In this document: positions 35,251 to 50,220 of the stretch, one piece after another
Numbering within the stretch: position 1 is the stretch's first letter
How the letters are laid out: each line of letters begins with the position of its first letter
DNA from: Octopus sinensis
Lineage: Eukaryota
Direction: 5' to 3'
Assembly: GCF_006345805.1 (NCBI RefSeq)
Contig: NC_042998.1
Coordinates: 171,740,001-171,804,000 of the forward strand
DNA: 64,000 nucleotides
Position numbers and translations under genes: made by a program
The notes under the pieces: model-generated
Databases searched by the model: none
The model's input: the letters and a program-made list of their open reading frames with translations, nothing else
What the model was told of the DNA's origin: nothing

Positions 35251-38200
35251 ATACATATATGTTTCTCTCTCTCTCTCGCTATATATATATATATATATGT
35301 ATATGATGATGATTGCCTCATCTTGTCCACTAATAGATATCTCACAATATAGCAAGTATCTTTACATCATTGGATTTAAGTGACAAAGCTTGTACATTTT
35401 TGCCACTCTCTCAGTCACCATGAGAGTGGCAGAAATATAGTACAAAGTTCCAATGACAAACATTACAAGATGACTGGTACTAGTTTGACTGCGAGTTTTA
35501 TGGCAGAGTATCTTTCTCCTAGAAGAGGTTCCTTGACCATGGTTTTGTCAAAAATAAAAGCAACTTTCTACACTCCTGGTAAATCTGTTTGACCCTGACA
35601 TGTACTACCATTTTGGATCAGATCAGATAAGGAAGTAATGGTAATAAAGTGATTCCATGCTCCCCACAGGTCCAGAACTCTCAAACTGAAACCTTCCCAC
35701 AGGATGCAGTTTAATGTCATACCCAGGACATAATATCATCATCATCATCATCATCATCATTTAACGTCCATTGTCCATACTGGCATGGGTTGAACGGTTT
35801 GACAAGGGCTGGTAAGCTGAGGGGCTGCACCAGATTCCAGTCTGATTTGGCATGATTTCTATGGATGGATGCCCTTCCTAACACCAACCACTCTGAGAGT
35901 AATAGGTGCTTTCAAGTTCCACCGGTATGGGTGCCAGTTGCGTGGCACCAGTATCTGCCATGACTGCAATTTCACTTGGCTTCATGGATTTTCCTTCTCA
36001 AGCACATCATATTGCCAAAAGTCACTGTTATTTGTCATTGCCTCCATGAGTCTCAGCACCGTGGTTGTTACTTCCTTGACACCAGCATCAACTACATTGC
36101 CTCCATGAAGTCCAACGCTTGAAAGGTGCTTTTTACATGCCACCAGCATGGGACCCTGTTACGTGACATCGACAATAGCCCCAACTATGCTATATAATAT
36201 CAAATAATAAATTATCCAGAGAAAGAAAGGAGAACAGCTGCATAAAGAAGTGCCAATCACTAAATGTGAAAACATTTATATCCTGTGTGTTCTTAGTGTT
36301 TATTGCTCCTGAACATCTGCCACATGCTCCCTGTCACAATGAATTAAAACAAGTAATGGTTTTATGATTAACATAACAGACCATTCCTGATGGTTTGGGT
36401 AAACCCCATTTTCAAATTAATTTGACTTAATTATGTACCATAGTTATGTATTCATACATTTGGTGGTATTTATCTTAATGGAACAAGAGTTAAACACCAT
36501 TAAAGTATAAAGTAAAAGTGAAATTTATACTTCTCTACTTTACTAAGTACGTCGCTCTTAAAGAGTATTTTAGATGATTATGTATATACATGTAAGTCAA
36601 TCCAACTTGGATTAACTGCAATGTAATAATGTTTTGGAGCTTTACCACCTGTAATTAATTGAGCTCTTAATTACTGTGGACTTATTCTTCAATCTCTGTA
36701 CATTAATTCTCTAAATGAATATATACACACAGAGAGATAAATGTGTGTGTGTAATATATATATAGTTGAAATTTACAGAAAAACAAAAGACGAAGACAGG
36801 TGTATGAACAACAAGCAAGTGTATTAGTTTGATGCTTGGGAAAGTGAGAAAGTCTTTTATGTTTCAAGCCTATGTTCTCCAACAGAAAAGAATAAGAGAA
36901 AATAGAAAAAACTTGTGGATTTAGTGATCAAGCATGGCAAAAGATATATAAATCTTTTATCTTTTACTTGTTTAAGCCTTTAGCATTCAAATTATTCTGT
37001 CAAATGTAATTCTTATTTATTCACATTGTTTTGAATTCATTGTGCATTATCTCATAGATTCAAGATTGTGATGTTGTGATTGTTCATTTTTAGAATGACA
37101 TTGTGGGATAGGTGTAAGAGGTTGGATCTGGTTGGTTTGAACACAAAATAGGTAGATTATTTTGGTCAGATATGGCTGGTTTAAATGCTAAAGGGTTAAG
37201 TCTGCATTAGACTGCAGCCATGCTGGAGCACTACTTTGAATTTTTAATCAAATGCATCAAACCTAATATTTTCTTCTTTTTTTTTTTAAGGTCTAGAACT
37301 TATTCTATCAGTCCATTTTGATGATGCAATTACAGACTGCAGGTATGATTATCTCTGAACTTTCTCATGTACAGAGCATCAAGATTCTCCAGTTTTTAAA
37401 GAATTTTAGCCTCAAGATCCTGCAATTTTTAAGCAATTTGAATTTACTCAAACTGCAGGATAGTGTTACTGGTTATTTAATTCCTTTTGCTATTGTTCAG
37501 TGTAGGATGCTCCCCAATGAACAGACATGATTTTCAAGGACTTAAAGTTGTTATTTGTCTTATCATGCAGTGCTGGGGATACTTAATGTAGGCAGGGATA
37601 ATAATGAGATATGTTTGGGGGTTGGGGTGTGAGATAATTAGGGCTGAGAGAGAAGAGGGCCAAGCAAAACCAGGGTGGTTTTAGGATGTCATTTCTGCTG
37701 TTATGGATGGTTTTCTTGAGCACAGCAAATTGCCAGTCACCTTGGTCCTTTGTCATCCTCATAAGGTTCAGCATCTTAAGATGCATTTAATCAGAGCTTT
37801 TTTCCACCTCTCATCTTTGTAATATCCATCCCATCTTTTTTCTTACTATGGCACCTCACATGACAACAAAATCTGCACATATTTCATCTCCTTCTTTGTG
37901 CTATTAATTGCCTCCCCATCTCCCAGGAACCACTTTCCAACCCTCATTCTCAAAGCATCTCTTCTCACTTTATTTTCCACTGATTACCAGGTATCTCTTC
38001 TCCCTTGAACTTCATCTTCAATGTTCTCTCATACTTGCTATCATTTTCAACATCCTCTCACCACTGATGCCCTGCTCACTGCAGGTACCAGCACAAATTT
38101 GTGACCTTTATAACTATCTCTGTACATCTATTGCTCTCTTTATTTCTCCCACTCTCCCACCCTGCACATCATCCTCTTATTTTCTGATCTAGCTACATGT

Positions 38201-39050
38201 TTATTATTGCTGCTCCCCATCCATCCTGAACTGCCACCTATCGCCTCCTCTTTCCAGAGCTATTTCTTTTACTTTCCCCCTCCATGCTCAACCAGCCCTC
38301 CACCCTGGTATATTACCTCACCCACATCTCTAACCACCTATCATTTTCCTGTCACACTCCTATGCACTTTCCACTTACCCATCTCCATCCTTAATCTATG
38401 TTCACTCGTATACTCATTTTGTACCTTGAGCGTATGCTTTAATATCTTGTCACCATCTTCATCTCCTTTCCAGCTACCCCACCCACTTCTATATAAGGCT
38501 ATGTAGCAATGTACTCATCTATAGCAAGATACCAGTAACTGTCCCTCTATGAAACTTTAGCCTTTTAACACCTGGCATAGAGCCACCCACACCCTCAATT
38601 TCAACTGTGCTTGTTTAAAAGGGCTTCTTTTTATTTCTTTGCTTTTCAGGTTACTTGGGACCCTCACAAGTGCTGGTGTCATAACAAAATAATTACTCAG
38701 TAAAGTGGTTGGCATTAAACTCTGTTTAGTCTTCTGGTTCACTGGATTCTGTCAAAGAATCCAACTCATGCCAGTATGGGAATGAGCATTAATATGATAG
38801 TGATGTGATGATAATAACATATATAGTTATATGTATATATTATATAGGTATACAAAATAACGTGTATGTATATATATGCATACATATACATACATTACAC
38901 ACACTAGTGGGTGAACAAGCAAAATAAAGTATCACTGAACACATTTGTTCATATATATATATAAATATATATACATACATACATATACACACACGTGCAT
39001 AAATATATACATTCACACACACACATATATATGTATATATATGCATATAA

Positions 39051-39091
<41 letters not shown>

Positions 39092-40018
39092 TATATATGT
39101 ATGTATGTGTATATATATATATATAGAGAGAGAGAGAGAAAATTAGTATAACAACTACATCATGAAAACTGTATTTTAGACATTTAAAAATACACAAAAA
39201 ACTGTTAAATTCACTTTCCATTTATTTCTTGAGGTGTCAAAATTTTTATTGCGCAACTGTTACCTGATTTTTGAGAGAGTGCAACTGCAATTGTGTGAAA
39301 TTTAATTAACGGCAAGCTGTCATATGCCTTAGAATTTATTTTAGTTTTTTCGTTTCGATGAAGTGACTTATGGTTCTGTTGTTGACCTTGACCCCTTGAT
39401 ATTGGTTATCATTAGTCACTTCCAGGTACTCTTCTTTTGTAATTCCTCCTTTTTTTTCTCCCTTTTGTCTTCTTCTTTCTTTTATTTTGATGAATTTACC
39501 AATACATTTTTGTGTCGTATTATTCATTATTCGTATTCATTATTTTCGTATATTTCTTTTTCGTTGTTCACTTCTACAGAAATTAGGGAGTTGCTCTATG
39601 GATTAAATTTTATTTTAAATATGTTTAAGAAAAGGTGGGTAATATGCCTGTCTAAAAAGAATGTTGATGAACTTATGTGGTTCCTATCTGTATAACCGTA
39701 TGCTTATATATATATATGTCTTGCAAACAATTTGCACATGCAAGTGCTACCAGTCAAAAACCCTCTGCATACTGGAAGCCAGCAAGTGTATGGGGTCATC
39801 AGGAGGGAATGAATGCCGTTTCAGGGCCTACCTCTCGACGGCATCAATGCACACCAGCCCCCCCCCCTGATATGAGCTGGTTATCAAATAAAGCTCAATA
39901 TTCTTCTAGCCATCGCTCATTGTAACCAAATCTAGTGGCTAGCCTTCTCCATATATATATATATCATCATCATCATCATCATCGTCGTTTAACGTCCGTT
40001 CTCCATGCTAGCATGGGT

Positions 40019-40250
40019 TGCGCGTGGTTAGGGTGTCAGCATTGTGATCGTAAGATTGTGGTTTCGATTTGTGGACCGGGCGACGCGTTGTGTTCTTGAG
40101 CAAAACACTTCATTTCATGTTGTTCCTGTCCACTCAGCTGGCAAAAATGAGTAACGCTGTGATGGAGTGGCATCCCGTGCAGCTGGGGAACACATAGACC
40201 ATTGAAACTGGGAAACCAGGCCCATGAGCCTGGCTAGGCTTTGAAAGGGC
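40019..40250 (+). mobile_element. tRNA-derived CORE/V-like SINE, second subfamily
   Basis: gcgtggttagggtgtc...gtttcgatt...gttgtgttcttgagcaaaacacttcat; its 3' part differs from 23263-23600. Confidence 0.75.
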
Positions 40251-40330
40251 ACATTTATTATTTTTTTTTATATATATATATATATATATAATAAATATTA
40301 GGGAATAAATCCAAGTGGTTTTGTCTCGAA

Positions 40331-40374
<44 letters not shown>

Positions 40375-40559
40375 CTGCAAGTATAAATTTAAATATGCAT
40401 AAAACTAATCTATGAGAGGTGAGGAAATATATATGACATGTGTGGCACATTGATTGGTGTTACTCCATTCAACTTACAGTTAAGACTGACTTGTATTCTC
40501 ATGTGCTTATTGATTCAGTTACATGTCTTAGTGCTATATTACAAGGATATATAAAAATG

Positions 40560-41520
40560 CTATCTTTCAACAAAACCATTGTTTATCTGAAGCATATTGG
40601 TAAATAATAGAAGAAGCATCCTTTTTTAGTATAGCAGTCTTACTGCTCTCCAATTCTCATTAATATTATGAACTTTCTCTTCTATGTATGTTTGAGGGAG
40701 GTTGCCATGTGTTCCTTCTTGAGACTTTATGATACCCTGTATTAAAAAATACAGCATGTCATAGAAGTCCCTTTGTAGTTGAATGTAATTTTGTATCATA
40801 TATATTGTAATCATTTTTACAGGTGTCATTGTCAAGGATGAAGAACTTACAGGTAATAAATTTAATGAATCTATCAAAAATTGTTGATTCTGGTGGCTTT
40901 AAAACAATTTTTTCTGATTACTGAAGGATTTTCCATGAGTTTTCCATAATGTGGGTAGAGAATGCATATTTTGGGTGTTCATCTGAAAATGATATTTTCT
41001 ATCCTTAACTTAGTGTCCAGAAGAGTTAAATTTTATTGAGATGCACACAGGGACAGTCAATAGTGACTTTATTTTATTAAGAATAAAATTTCTTATGCCA
41101 TGTATAGTACATGTGTTTTTTTCATTCACATGGTTGTCAGTATGAAGAGTCATTTTAAAAAGTTTAATTCCATAAACATATCAAGAGAACAGTGGTAGAT
41201 TAACAATACAGCTAGGAAATTACTGTCTAAATTGCCTATCCACCACACCATACAAAGGTTGGTGACACCTCTGGCAATTGCAATCCGATCACACCACCTT
41301 TCATTTCTTTATAAAGTTTCTTGTCAAATTTAAATATGTAGTTCTTTAAAGTGGCTTTAAGACTGACACCAACTGCATGTACAACCATGGTTCTAATGCT
41401 GTGAATATCTGAAAAACAAAAAACAAAATAAAAAAAAAAATTTTGACACCTTATGGAATAATTGAAAAGTAAATTTAACAGGGTTTTTGGGTATTTTAAA
41501 TGGCTAAAATGGCTCTTCCA
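40560..41520 (-). mobile_element. Decayed Penelope-like element, RT region
   Basis: MVVHAVGVSLKATLKNYIFKFDKKLYKEMKGGVIGLQL resembles the PLE RT motif (NHxYxF...YxQxxGGxIGL). Confidence 0.6.
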
Positions 41521-42199
41521 TGATGTAATTGCTTCAGTTTCAACACATGGCAACAGATCATATCACTTGCTAAACAAGGTACAATGCTAATATATATCAT
41601 CATTTCATCTCGTGAAAATTTGAACATTCCATCCCTTTTATGAAATTTTGAAACACTAATTTGGTCTGTCTGCAGATTGATATTTCTTCCTCCCATGTGA
41701 GTGTAGTCGCTTGCTGTTCACTTAATATCAATGTTAATTTCTCTCATGGAAATTTGAATTTTTCATTTCTCTTGTGAAAATTTGCAGCTCATTTGCTCGT
41801 GATGCACCCATACTTATACCAGAAATCTTTCTTCTGCCCCTTCCTAGCCTCCTCATCTATATCAGTATACTATCAATGACAGTAATAAAAAGGCAAAGCA
41901 AACACCCACGACAGCAGAAATGTTAACAAAATTAGGAATACTTATTAGTTATTATTTATTTATCAATAATAGTTGCAAACTATAGCTTTTGAGGTAGATG
42001 CTGTAAGTTTGAAGAATAAATGAATGATGATAAAATTAATGCAAGGACACATATAATAATGTGTGTAAATCTGCCAGGAGCTGTCAAACCATGGTGCAAC
42101 CATTCTTATTCCCCTCAGGTGTAGATTGTTCATACAGTAATGGAACAACCGTCAAACAGCCTTCCCATCAAAAATACACCTCCTTTTTCTGTGGATCCC

Positions 42200-43700
42200 A
42201 AAATTTAGGGGCTGCAAGCACAAACGTTGGCATGATGAAAGATAGATCTAGTGAGATTTCAGAAATGCTGGAGCAGAGACAAGTGAATGTATACAGTGAG
42301 AAAGAGGCAAGATAGAAAGAATCCTTACGCAAACTCTTCTCAGGTAAGAGATCATCATCATCATCATCATCATCGTTTAGCATCCGCTTTCCATGCTAGC
42401 ATGGGTTGGACGGTTCAACTGGGGTCTGGGAAGCCAGAAGGCTGCACCAGGCCCAGTCTGATCTGGCAATGTTTCTACGGCTGGATGCCCTTCCTAACAC
42501 CAACCACTCCATGAGTGTAGTGGGTGCTTTTTACGTGCCACCGACACAGGCGCCTGATGAGGCTGGCAAACGGCCACGATCAGATGGTGCTTTTTTCATG
42601 CCACCGGCACGGGGGCCAGGCAAGGCTGGCAATGGCCATGATCGGATGGTGCTTTTTACGTGTCACCGGCACGGAGGCCAGTCAGGGCGGTGCTGGCAAC
42701 AGCCACGTTCAGATGGTTCTCTTATGTACCACCGGCACTGATATCACAGCTGCAATTTCCATTGATGTTGATCGATTTTGATTTTGATAGTGATACAAAT
42801 TCTTCTGGAGGAGTAATAGTGATAATAGGGGTTGGTAGGCATACTGTTAGCCAAGTAACAAAAAACGTAATTGAAGTAGTAAGGTATGCAACATGATAGG
42901 TAAAATGAGACTTGTTATAAGCAACTCAACAGCAACAGATATCTTTGCATAGGCAAGATTAACAGAAGTACAGTATGACTGCTTCTATGAGATCCTTCTA
43001 CAAACTACCTCAACAACAATTGATGGCCAACACACTAATAACTTTCACAACATGTATAGAAGCTATGGATATGGTACAAGAAATGAGGATGGTATAAAGT
43101 GTCTGAAGTTCTGTGATACAGATGATCTAACATTTTGCAACACACACTTTAGAAATCCAGCTAACAACCTATCAATTACCAATCTGGCGAAAAAAAAAAA
43201 AAAGACAGAAGAGCTACTGTATATGTCAAAAGCCTTTCTGAACAAACAATGCAATATACAACATAGATTAGTGGTGAGTGACTTCTAAGTTAAAGCTAAA
43301 CAGACACTGAAAAAAATGATGCCAAGGAGAAGATAGATATGGAAACTAAAAGATGCTGCAGTCTAATTGACACACCTGACTGTAGGGAGGTTGATTTAGA
43401 TACCTGTAGAGTAGATGAAAACTAAGAACTTCTACAAAACAACTCCCTCAAGTCTACAGAACAGAGATGTGATTGAAGCAAAGTTCTGATGAAGCCAAAA
43501 GTTACATGAGGTGGAATGATACAGTTGACAAGGCAGTAAAGGCTTGGAAAACTTGGAAGGAAGGTTATAGTAGGGAGTATTACCAAATGGTCAGAAGAGC
43601 AGCTAGGCAACAGGTATACTTGACTAATGGCAAAGCAGAGAAGAAGAGATTTGTGCATGTCTTGCAACATGAGGATCAGAGGTGTTCAGGTTTCAAATAT
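42200..43700 (+). mobile_element. RTE LINE 5' (AP endonuclease) region, split by the insert at 42355-42790
   Basis: NVGMMKDRSSEISEMLEQRQV; YGYGTRNEDGIKCLKFCDTDDLTFCNTHFRNP; QHRLVVSDF. Confidence 0.85.
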
Positions 43701-43705
43701 AATGC

Positions 43706-44650
43706 AGGATGAAAAAGCATGCCGTTCTCATAACCTTAGCTCTCAAACACAGTGATTCTGAGATTGCAATCTTTGCAATCTTGTTAAATGTTGTCAGGCT
43801 CTTCATGTTTAAGATTAGAAAAAAAACTCCTGGCCACTGGTGGGAATGTGTTTTCCATGGCCAAAGAAGCATTCTTGGTGGTTAAACAGTCAGAAATGTT
43901 GAGTTTGTTCAGGAAGGCCAGAACATCATCAATTAGAAACCAAGCAAGTCAATGAGGACCATTGCGAATAACCTCTGTGAATTAATGTCAGCATTTGCAC
44001 ATGCAATGCATGAAGACATCAGGCACAAACCCTATGTTATGAGAACCTTTTGATCTAGTTGAAGCACTTGCTGAACAAACTCAAGCACCCTAAGAAGCCT
44101 GACATGTTCTGGTTCTCAGATGAAAAGAACTTCATTCAAGATCAAAAATTGAACAGAATGACAGATGGGTCTGTGCCAGCCTTGCTAAAGTCCCCACTGT
44201 TATGCACACCTAGTTTCCATCATCTGTGGTGGTCTTGGGAGTTGTGAGCAATGAGGGCTTGGTCATATTTCCTTACTTTTCCCATGAGGTCAGAGGGTCA
44301 ATACAGCAGCCTACATCAAGACAATGGAAATGGTTACCAAGGCCTGAATTGAAAGAGCTGTGCAGGGGAGGCTGAATGCATTCCCATGTTCTGCACCATC
44401 TCACACAGCCTGCACAACCCAGGAGTAGATGGCTGAAAATTTTCATGATTATGTCGCCCCTAATATTTGACATTCAAGCCTTTCTGATTTAAAGACTCTG
44501 GATTACTATGTCTGCTAGATGTTATTAGAAGAGAGACCAAAAAGCATGCTCAAGGTATCACTGGAGATGCTATAGCCAACATGAATAAAGATCACTTGAT
44601 CAATGCATTAAGTTATTTTAGAGGCCGTATCAAAGCAGTAATTGAGGCTG
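43706..44650 (+). mobile_element. maT/DD37D-like transposase pseudogene
   Basis: WFSDEKNFIQDQKLN, VVLGVVSNEG, APSHTA, LDYYVC, and terminal RIKAVIEADDGFIE*. Confidence 0.85.
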
Positions 44651-44979
44651 ATGATGGTTTTATTGAATAGCCTTTTGGTATGTATCATCATCATCATCGT
44701 TTACCCTCCGCTTTCCATGCTAGCATGGGTTGGACGATTTGACTGAGGTCTGGCGAACCAGATGGCTGCACCAGACTCCAATCTGATCTAGCAGAGTTTC
44801 TACAGCTGGATGCTCTTGCTAATGCCAATCACTCCGAGAGTGTAGTGGGTACTTTTATGTGCCACCGGCACGAGAGCCAGTCAGGTGGTACTGGCAACGG
44901 CCACACTCAAATAGTGCTTTTTATATGCCACCTGCACTGGCAATGACCTCACTCAAATGTTTGTTCATGTGCCACCAGC

Positions 44980-45630
44980 ACATGTGTAATGTCAGTGTGC
45001 ATACACGACAGGGTGTAAGTGCCCTGAGAGAAAAGTTGGACATAAAGAGCATCAGATGTGGTGTGCAAGAGAGATGACTGCACTGGTATGGTCATGTGCT
45101 GTGTATGGATGAGGACAGCTGTGTGAAAAAGTGTAGCACCCTAACAGTGGAAGGAATCTGTGTTAGAGGTAGACCCAGGAAGACCTGAGATGAAGTGGTG
45201 AAGAATGACCTTTGAACGTTGGGCCTCACAGAAGTAATGACAGGAGACAGAGACCTCTGGAGATATGTTGTGACTAAGAAGAACCAGCAATTAAAGTGAG
45301 ATTGCTACTCTCAGCAATACCAGTGTTGCTTAACCAGCCCATTTAAAAGTACCCTTGAATTGCAGGTGATGTGCTGTGCTTGAGAAGACCTGTTGAGTCA
45401 AGTGAAATTGTAGTTGTGGCCAATGCTAGTGCCACCTGACTGGCTCCCATGCCAGTGGTATGTAAAAAGCACCCACTACACTCTCGGAGTGGTTGGTGTT
45501 AGGAAGGGCATCCAGCTGTAGAAACCTTGCCAGATCAGATAGGAGCCTGGTGCAGCCTACTGGCTTGCCAGTCCTCAGTCAAACCGTCCAACCTATGCCA
45601 GCATGGAAACAGACGTCAAACGATGATGAT
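44980..45630 (+). mobile_element. RTE LINE C-terminus and 3'UTR
   Basis: CNVSVHTRQGVSALREKLDIKSIRCGVQER followed by the family 3'UTR. Confidence 0.9.
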
Positions 45631-47859
45631 ATATATATGGATAATCCTAGATGGCCTAATATCCAGTGTGGGGATAGAAAAATATACCAACCACCAAACT
45701 GGGCGCCATTGCATAGTACTAAAGATCCAGCCCTCTTCAGCTAAAGTAAGAGCCCAATAGTGTAATGGCTTAAGGTTCAATAGCTCACAGCTTTCCAATG
45801 TTTTCAAAAAGCCTCAGAAATCTATAAAGTATAGTTGTGGATGTGCTCACAGAATATTTAAACAATATTTTATTTGAGAATCTAGACGTACCAACAAGCA
45901 AGAAGCTCAAAGAAGGGCAGTTTTGTCCAACTCACTGCTTCACTGGAACCAATTCTGGAAAGACAGCTGGGAAATGAGTTTGAAATAAGTAATCGTTAAC
46001 ACTAATGGTTGTGCCCCAGCATGGCCACAGTCACTGGCTGAAATCAGTAAAAGAATACAGATATATTTCTGTATGTACAGATATATTTCTGATATATTTC
46101 TGTATGTACATATATATATATATATATATACAAACATATGTGTACACAAACACAAAAAGACCGAGGAAGACATAGGATAAAGTGATGAAAAATGACCCTC
46201 TGATGTTGAGTCTCATGGAAGAAAGGATTGGTGATTTGCTGTGCTTTAGAAGACCTGTACCTTTAAGAAAACATGTGGCCCTAAAGGCATGTCATTCACA
46301 TCTGTGTCTCTCTCCACTACAATTCATCTTTCTAGCATTCCCAGCTCCATCCATGTTCACCACTCACTGCATTCCCCTACCCTATCTCCCACTCACCCAC
46401 TTTAGTAAACTTACCTGCACAGAGCTTGTATCTCTTCCCTACAACAAAGGGAGGGATGTTCTTAACACTTATTCCCTTAGCCTGTGTTCATTTACTGCAT
46501 TCTCCTCTGTTATCGCTCACTCTCTTTTGCAAATTTTCCTGCCCTCTTCCTTGATCCAGTCCTTTGTACCACTTCACTTATATATCCCTTCTTTTCACTT
46601 GAGGGTGTGCCCATCTCTCTCCTTCTCTTCTCCTTTTCCAACTGGAGTAACCATGTATCTCCTCTACTTAAAGACATTTGTTTCTGTTCATCTCTCATAC
46701 CCTAATCCCTCATCTAACGCAAAGCCACTTTCCTCAATACTATCCCCCTTGAATGAGGGGTCTTGTGTTTCAAGTTATCTGGTTATCTTGCTGGTGCTGG
46801 TGTCACATGAAAAAGCACCCAGTACACTTTGTACAATGGTTGGTGTTAGACAGGGCATCCAACCAAAGCAGACAGTATAGCTTGGTACAGTAGTCCTCTG
46901 GCTCATCATCTAATGCATGCCAGCATGGAAAACAGACAAATGACACACACACATACACACATGTAAAATATATCATGATTATCATTTTATGTCCACTTTC
47001 CATGCTGGCAAGGCTTGGAAGTTTTGGCAGAATCCAGCAAGTCAGAAAACTATGTACTTTTCCAATGTTCCAGTTCTGTATGACTTCTACAGCCCTTCAT
47101 AAGGCAAGCTACTTAATGAAATGTATTGGGTGCATTCTTTGTAACACCAGCAGTTATGAGGCCACCTTGTAACTTGCGAAACTAAAGAGATGGTGGATAG
47201 GAGACAGAGACGTCACATTAACCAAGGTGTTGAGAAGATTCACGTCTACCCTGCATTTTACATAGGTGGGTCAGGGAGGCTGGATTAGAACCCAAACAAA
47301 GGTAAATATGTGAATGATGAGGTACCAGAATGTACCTATATGTAACTTGACCAAGAGATAAAAAGATAAGAACATGCATACAGAAAAATCAGAAAGGTTG
47401 GTAAGCAAGGAAGTAAGAATGCGGGAGTAGAGTGAAGTGAATATGAAACAAGATGTGGAGGCAGTCAGATGTAAATAAGGGATGTAGATGATGAATGGTG
47501 AACAAGGGTGGAGTACAATAAAAAGGAGTGTTGGAGGCTGGTTGGGTGAAGTACAGAAGAGATTGAGTAGTAACCAGCAGTGCAGAGATGGTGATATGGT
47601 ATGGTATAAAGTAGCAAGTTCTGCTTTCATTTCTTACAACAGCAGAATAATAAAGTAGATAAGAGAGTGATGAAGAGGAGATTGATAGGGTAATGAGGGT
47701 TGATGTTAGATGTTGTGAAGGGGCAAGTGTAAAAGATGGATACCAACAAAGGTGGGTTAGGGGTGTCAATGGTAAGAATGAGGAATGAATGTCAATAGGA
47801 AGTGGCTCAAGGGAGGAGCCCAGTGGTCTGGGTAGAAGGAAGGGGACACAGTTGTGTGC

Positions 47860-50150
47860 ATAGTATGCATGTACATTACACTTTGAAAGCCCTGGACACA
47901 ACCTTCTAACATGGTTTGTCATCTCTTTAGTGAGACCGAAGATCCTGAGATCTACATTCTCCATCTCATACCATATCTTCCTGTGTCTTCCTCTTTCTGT
48001 GAGCCATTGGCACTTCTTTATATAATTATCCAACCAATATGCCTAACATACTCAAAACAATCTGTCTTGTACACTACATCTTATTCCTCTTATACTTAGT
48101 TCTTCTCTAAACACATTTGTACTCCAATCATACACACTGGTATTGAACATTCAATACAGCATGCTTAATTCTTTTCTTTCTAGCCTTTGCAGACCCTGTG
48201 AATTCAGAACACATATCCCATTACAATATAGCTTTGCAGTTTGTATGCAAGCATCATACAGTCAGATTTTCAGTCTGAGTAATAAACCTTTTGTTACCAA
48301 CAAAAGTAATATCTCCATGAACTTTCTTCCACCTGTTCTTACTCTGGCTACTATATTATTCTGACCATCCTCCACCACTGCTCATTAAGTCACCTAAATA
48401 AAAGTTATTTACCACCTCAAATGTTCCTCCTGAAAATTTGGGGGGGGGGGGGGCATTTGCTTTCCTTGTGCTCTTAAGAGTTTATTGCTTCTGTGCATGT
48501 ACCATAGGTAGTCAGCCCTCTCTTTTAACATACCTTTGATTCCACTGCACATCATCTGCATCCATAATGTGAATTGGGTACACCATATTGAATTTCTATC
48601 CCCTCCTTTTCTGCATATGAAGCAAGGCTATTTCCTTGACAGTTGCAGGATCCTAAACTTTGAGGCCCTTTGATTCCAGATTTTCTTGTCATTCTGGAGC
48701 AGTACGTACAATAAATACACTAGAAATAGATTTTTTTAAATGCGTGGGTGGCCTACTAGAAGGAGCTGATTGCTTTTGTTACCAAGGATATGCAATTAGC
48801 AGTGCAGGTATTTGCTCTGAAAGTATAGTAGTAAAAGCAAGACTAGGTTGGAGGAAGTTCAAGAAGCTTTTGCCACTGTTGGCAACAAAGATATTTACAC
48901 TTAGAGTGAAAAACAGATTAGTATGATGCTTGGGTTAGAACTGCGATGTTATGTGGTTGTGAAACATAGGCTGGAAAGAAATGAAATGAACATGTTCTGT
49001 TGGATGTGTAGTGTAAATGTGCAAGAATAACAGTGTGCTGAGAGGAAAACTGGGCACAAAAGGAATCAAATGTAGGAAGCAAGAAAGACTGTGCTGGTAT
49101 GGACATGTGATACGTATGAATGAAGACAGCTGTATAAAGAAGTGCTGATCATTTAACATGGGTTGAGATTGTGGAAGAAGGAGAGCCAAGAAGACACAAC
49201 AGGGTGATGAAGGCTGATCTCAGGACCTTGAAACTCAGAAATGACAAAGGATTGGGATGACTGGTGAAATGTTGTTCTCAAGAAGACTCACCTACCTTGG
49301 TAAAACAAAGTTCTGGAAATGTGATGTATGTATATACGTGCACAAGTGGGCCTTTTGCTTAATTTCCTCCTCAAAGCATTCCCAGCACTCATCATCTAAC
49401 TCCAGCTCTTCCTTAATACCACTTATTTTACTCCTCAAAACCTTTTCATTTATTATTTATACTCCATTCATTAATACTGTTCTCTCTGTCCACTCTTAAC
49501 ATTGATCACACACAACCATTGAGCCACTAAATCATCTCTCCTCCTCAGCCACTGTATATCTCTCAATTTCCTCATGTTCTATGTGTGCTGTATCTCCCCC
49601 CACCCACCCACTACTTGAGATGACTTAGTGTAGCTGATTTGAGGCAGATAACTTGGCACAGCTGACTAGATATTCAGCTTGTTTTAGTGATAGTACTTTT
49701 TGGTACTGGAGGCAAATGCATGCACACATGCACAGAAATATATACATATTAAAATGGTTGATGTCAAATAAGTCAGCATTGAGTCAACAATGCCAGATAA
49801 GTGATGCCAAAATGGCTGTGTCAGAACATCTTTGTATTCCATGCAGCATTGCAGTTTGAACACAAATATTACATATTCCCCTTCACTTTCAAGGAGGAAG
49901 GACTCTGTTGCCAGCAAAAGTAATAGATCCGAGAAATTTTCCAACCAGTTCTACCCTAGCTTTTGTACTTTTGGAGCAACCACCTCCACTGCTAATTATG
50001 TCACTTAGGTATTTAAAACTATCCACTACTTGTGAGCCAGCCTGGTATTTAAGTAAATCTATTTCTAGAGTGTTCTTGGTGGTTATTGCTCCCATTGCAT
50101 ATGCTATATACAAAGCATGCTTTCTCGGTTAGCCTGCTTGTGATTCCACT
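47860..50150. mobile_element. Mosaic of old RTE fragments on both strands
   Basis: ARLGWRKFKKLLPLL (48660-48926, +), KARVELVGKF (49889-50113, -), and an endonuclease-like piece at 47860-48030 (-). Confidence 0.7.
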
Positions 50151-50158
50151 ACATCTCT

Positions 50159-50220
<62 letters not shown>

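Noticed and set aside
45936-45966. 31-nt minus-strand exon candidate, also 8103-8114 and about 9950-9962
   Set aside because: Splice motifs alone; too frequent in AT-rich DNA to call.
46182-46880. 232-aa ORF, the longest in the track
   Set aside because: A pyrimidine-rich tract flanked by RTE 3'UTR pieces. Base skew suppresses stops and the peptide is L/S/P/F low complexity.
47389-48033. 214-aa ORF
   Set aside because: A decayed RTE endonuclease start fused to a purine/pyrimidine-skewed tract.
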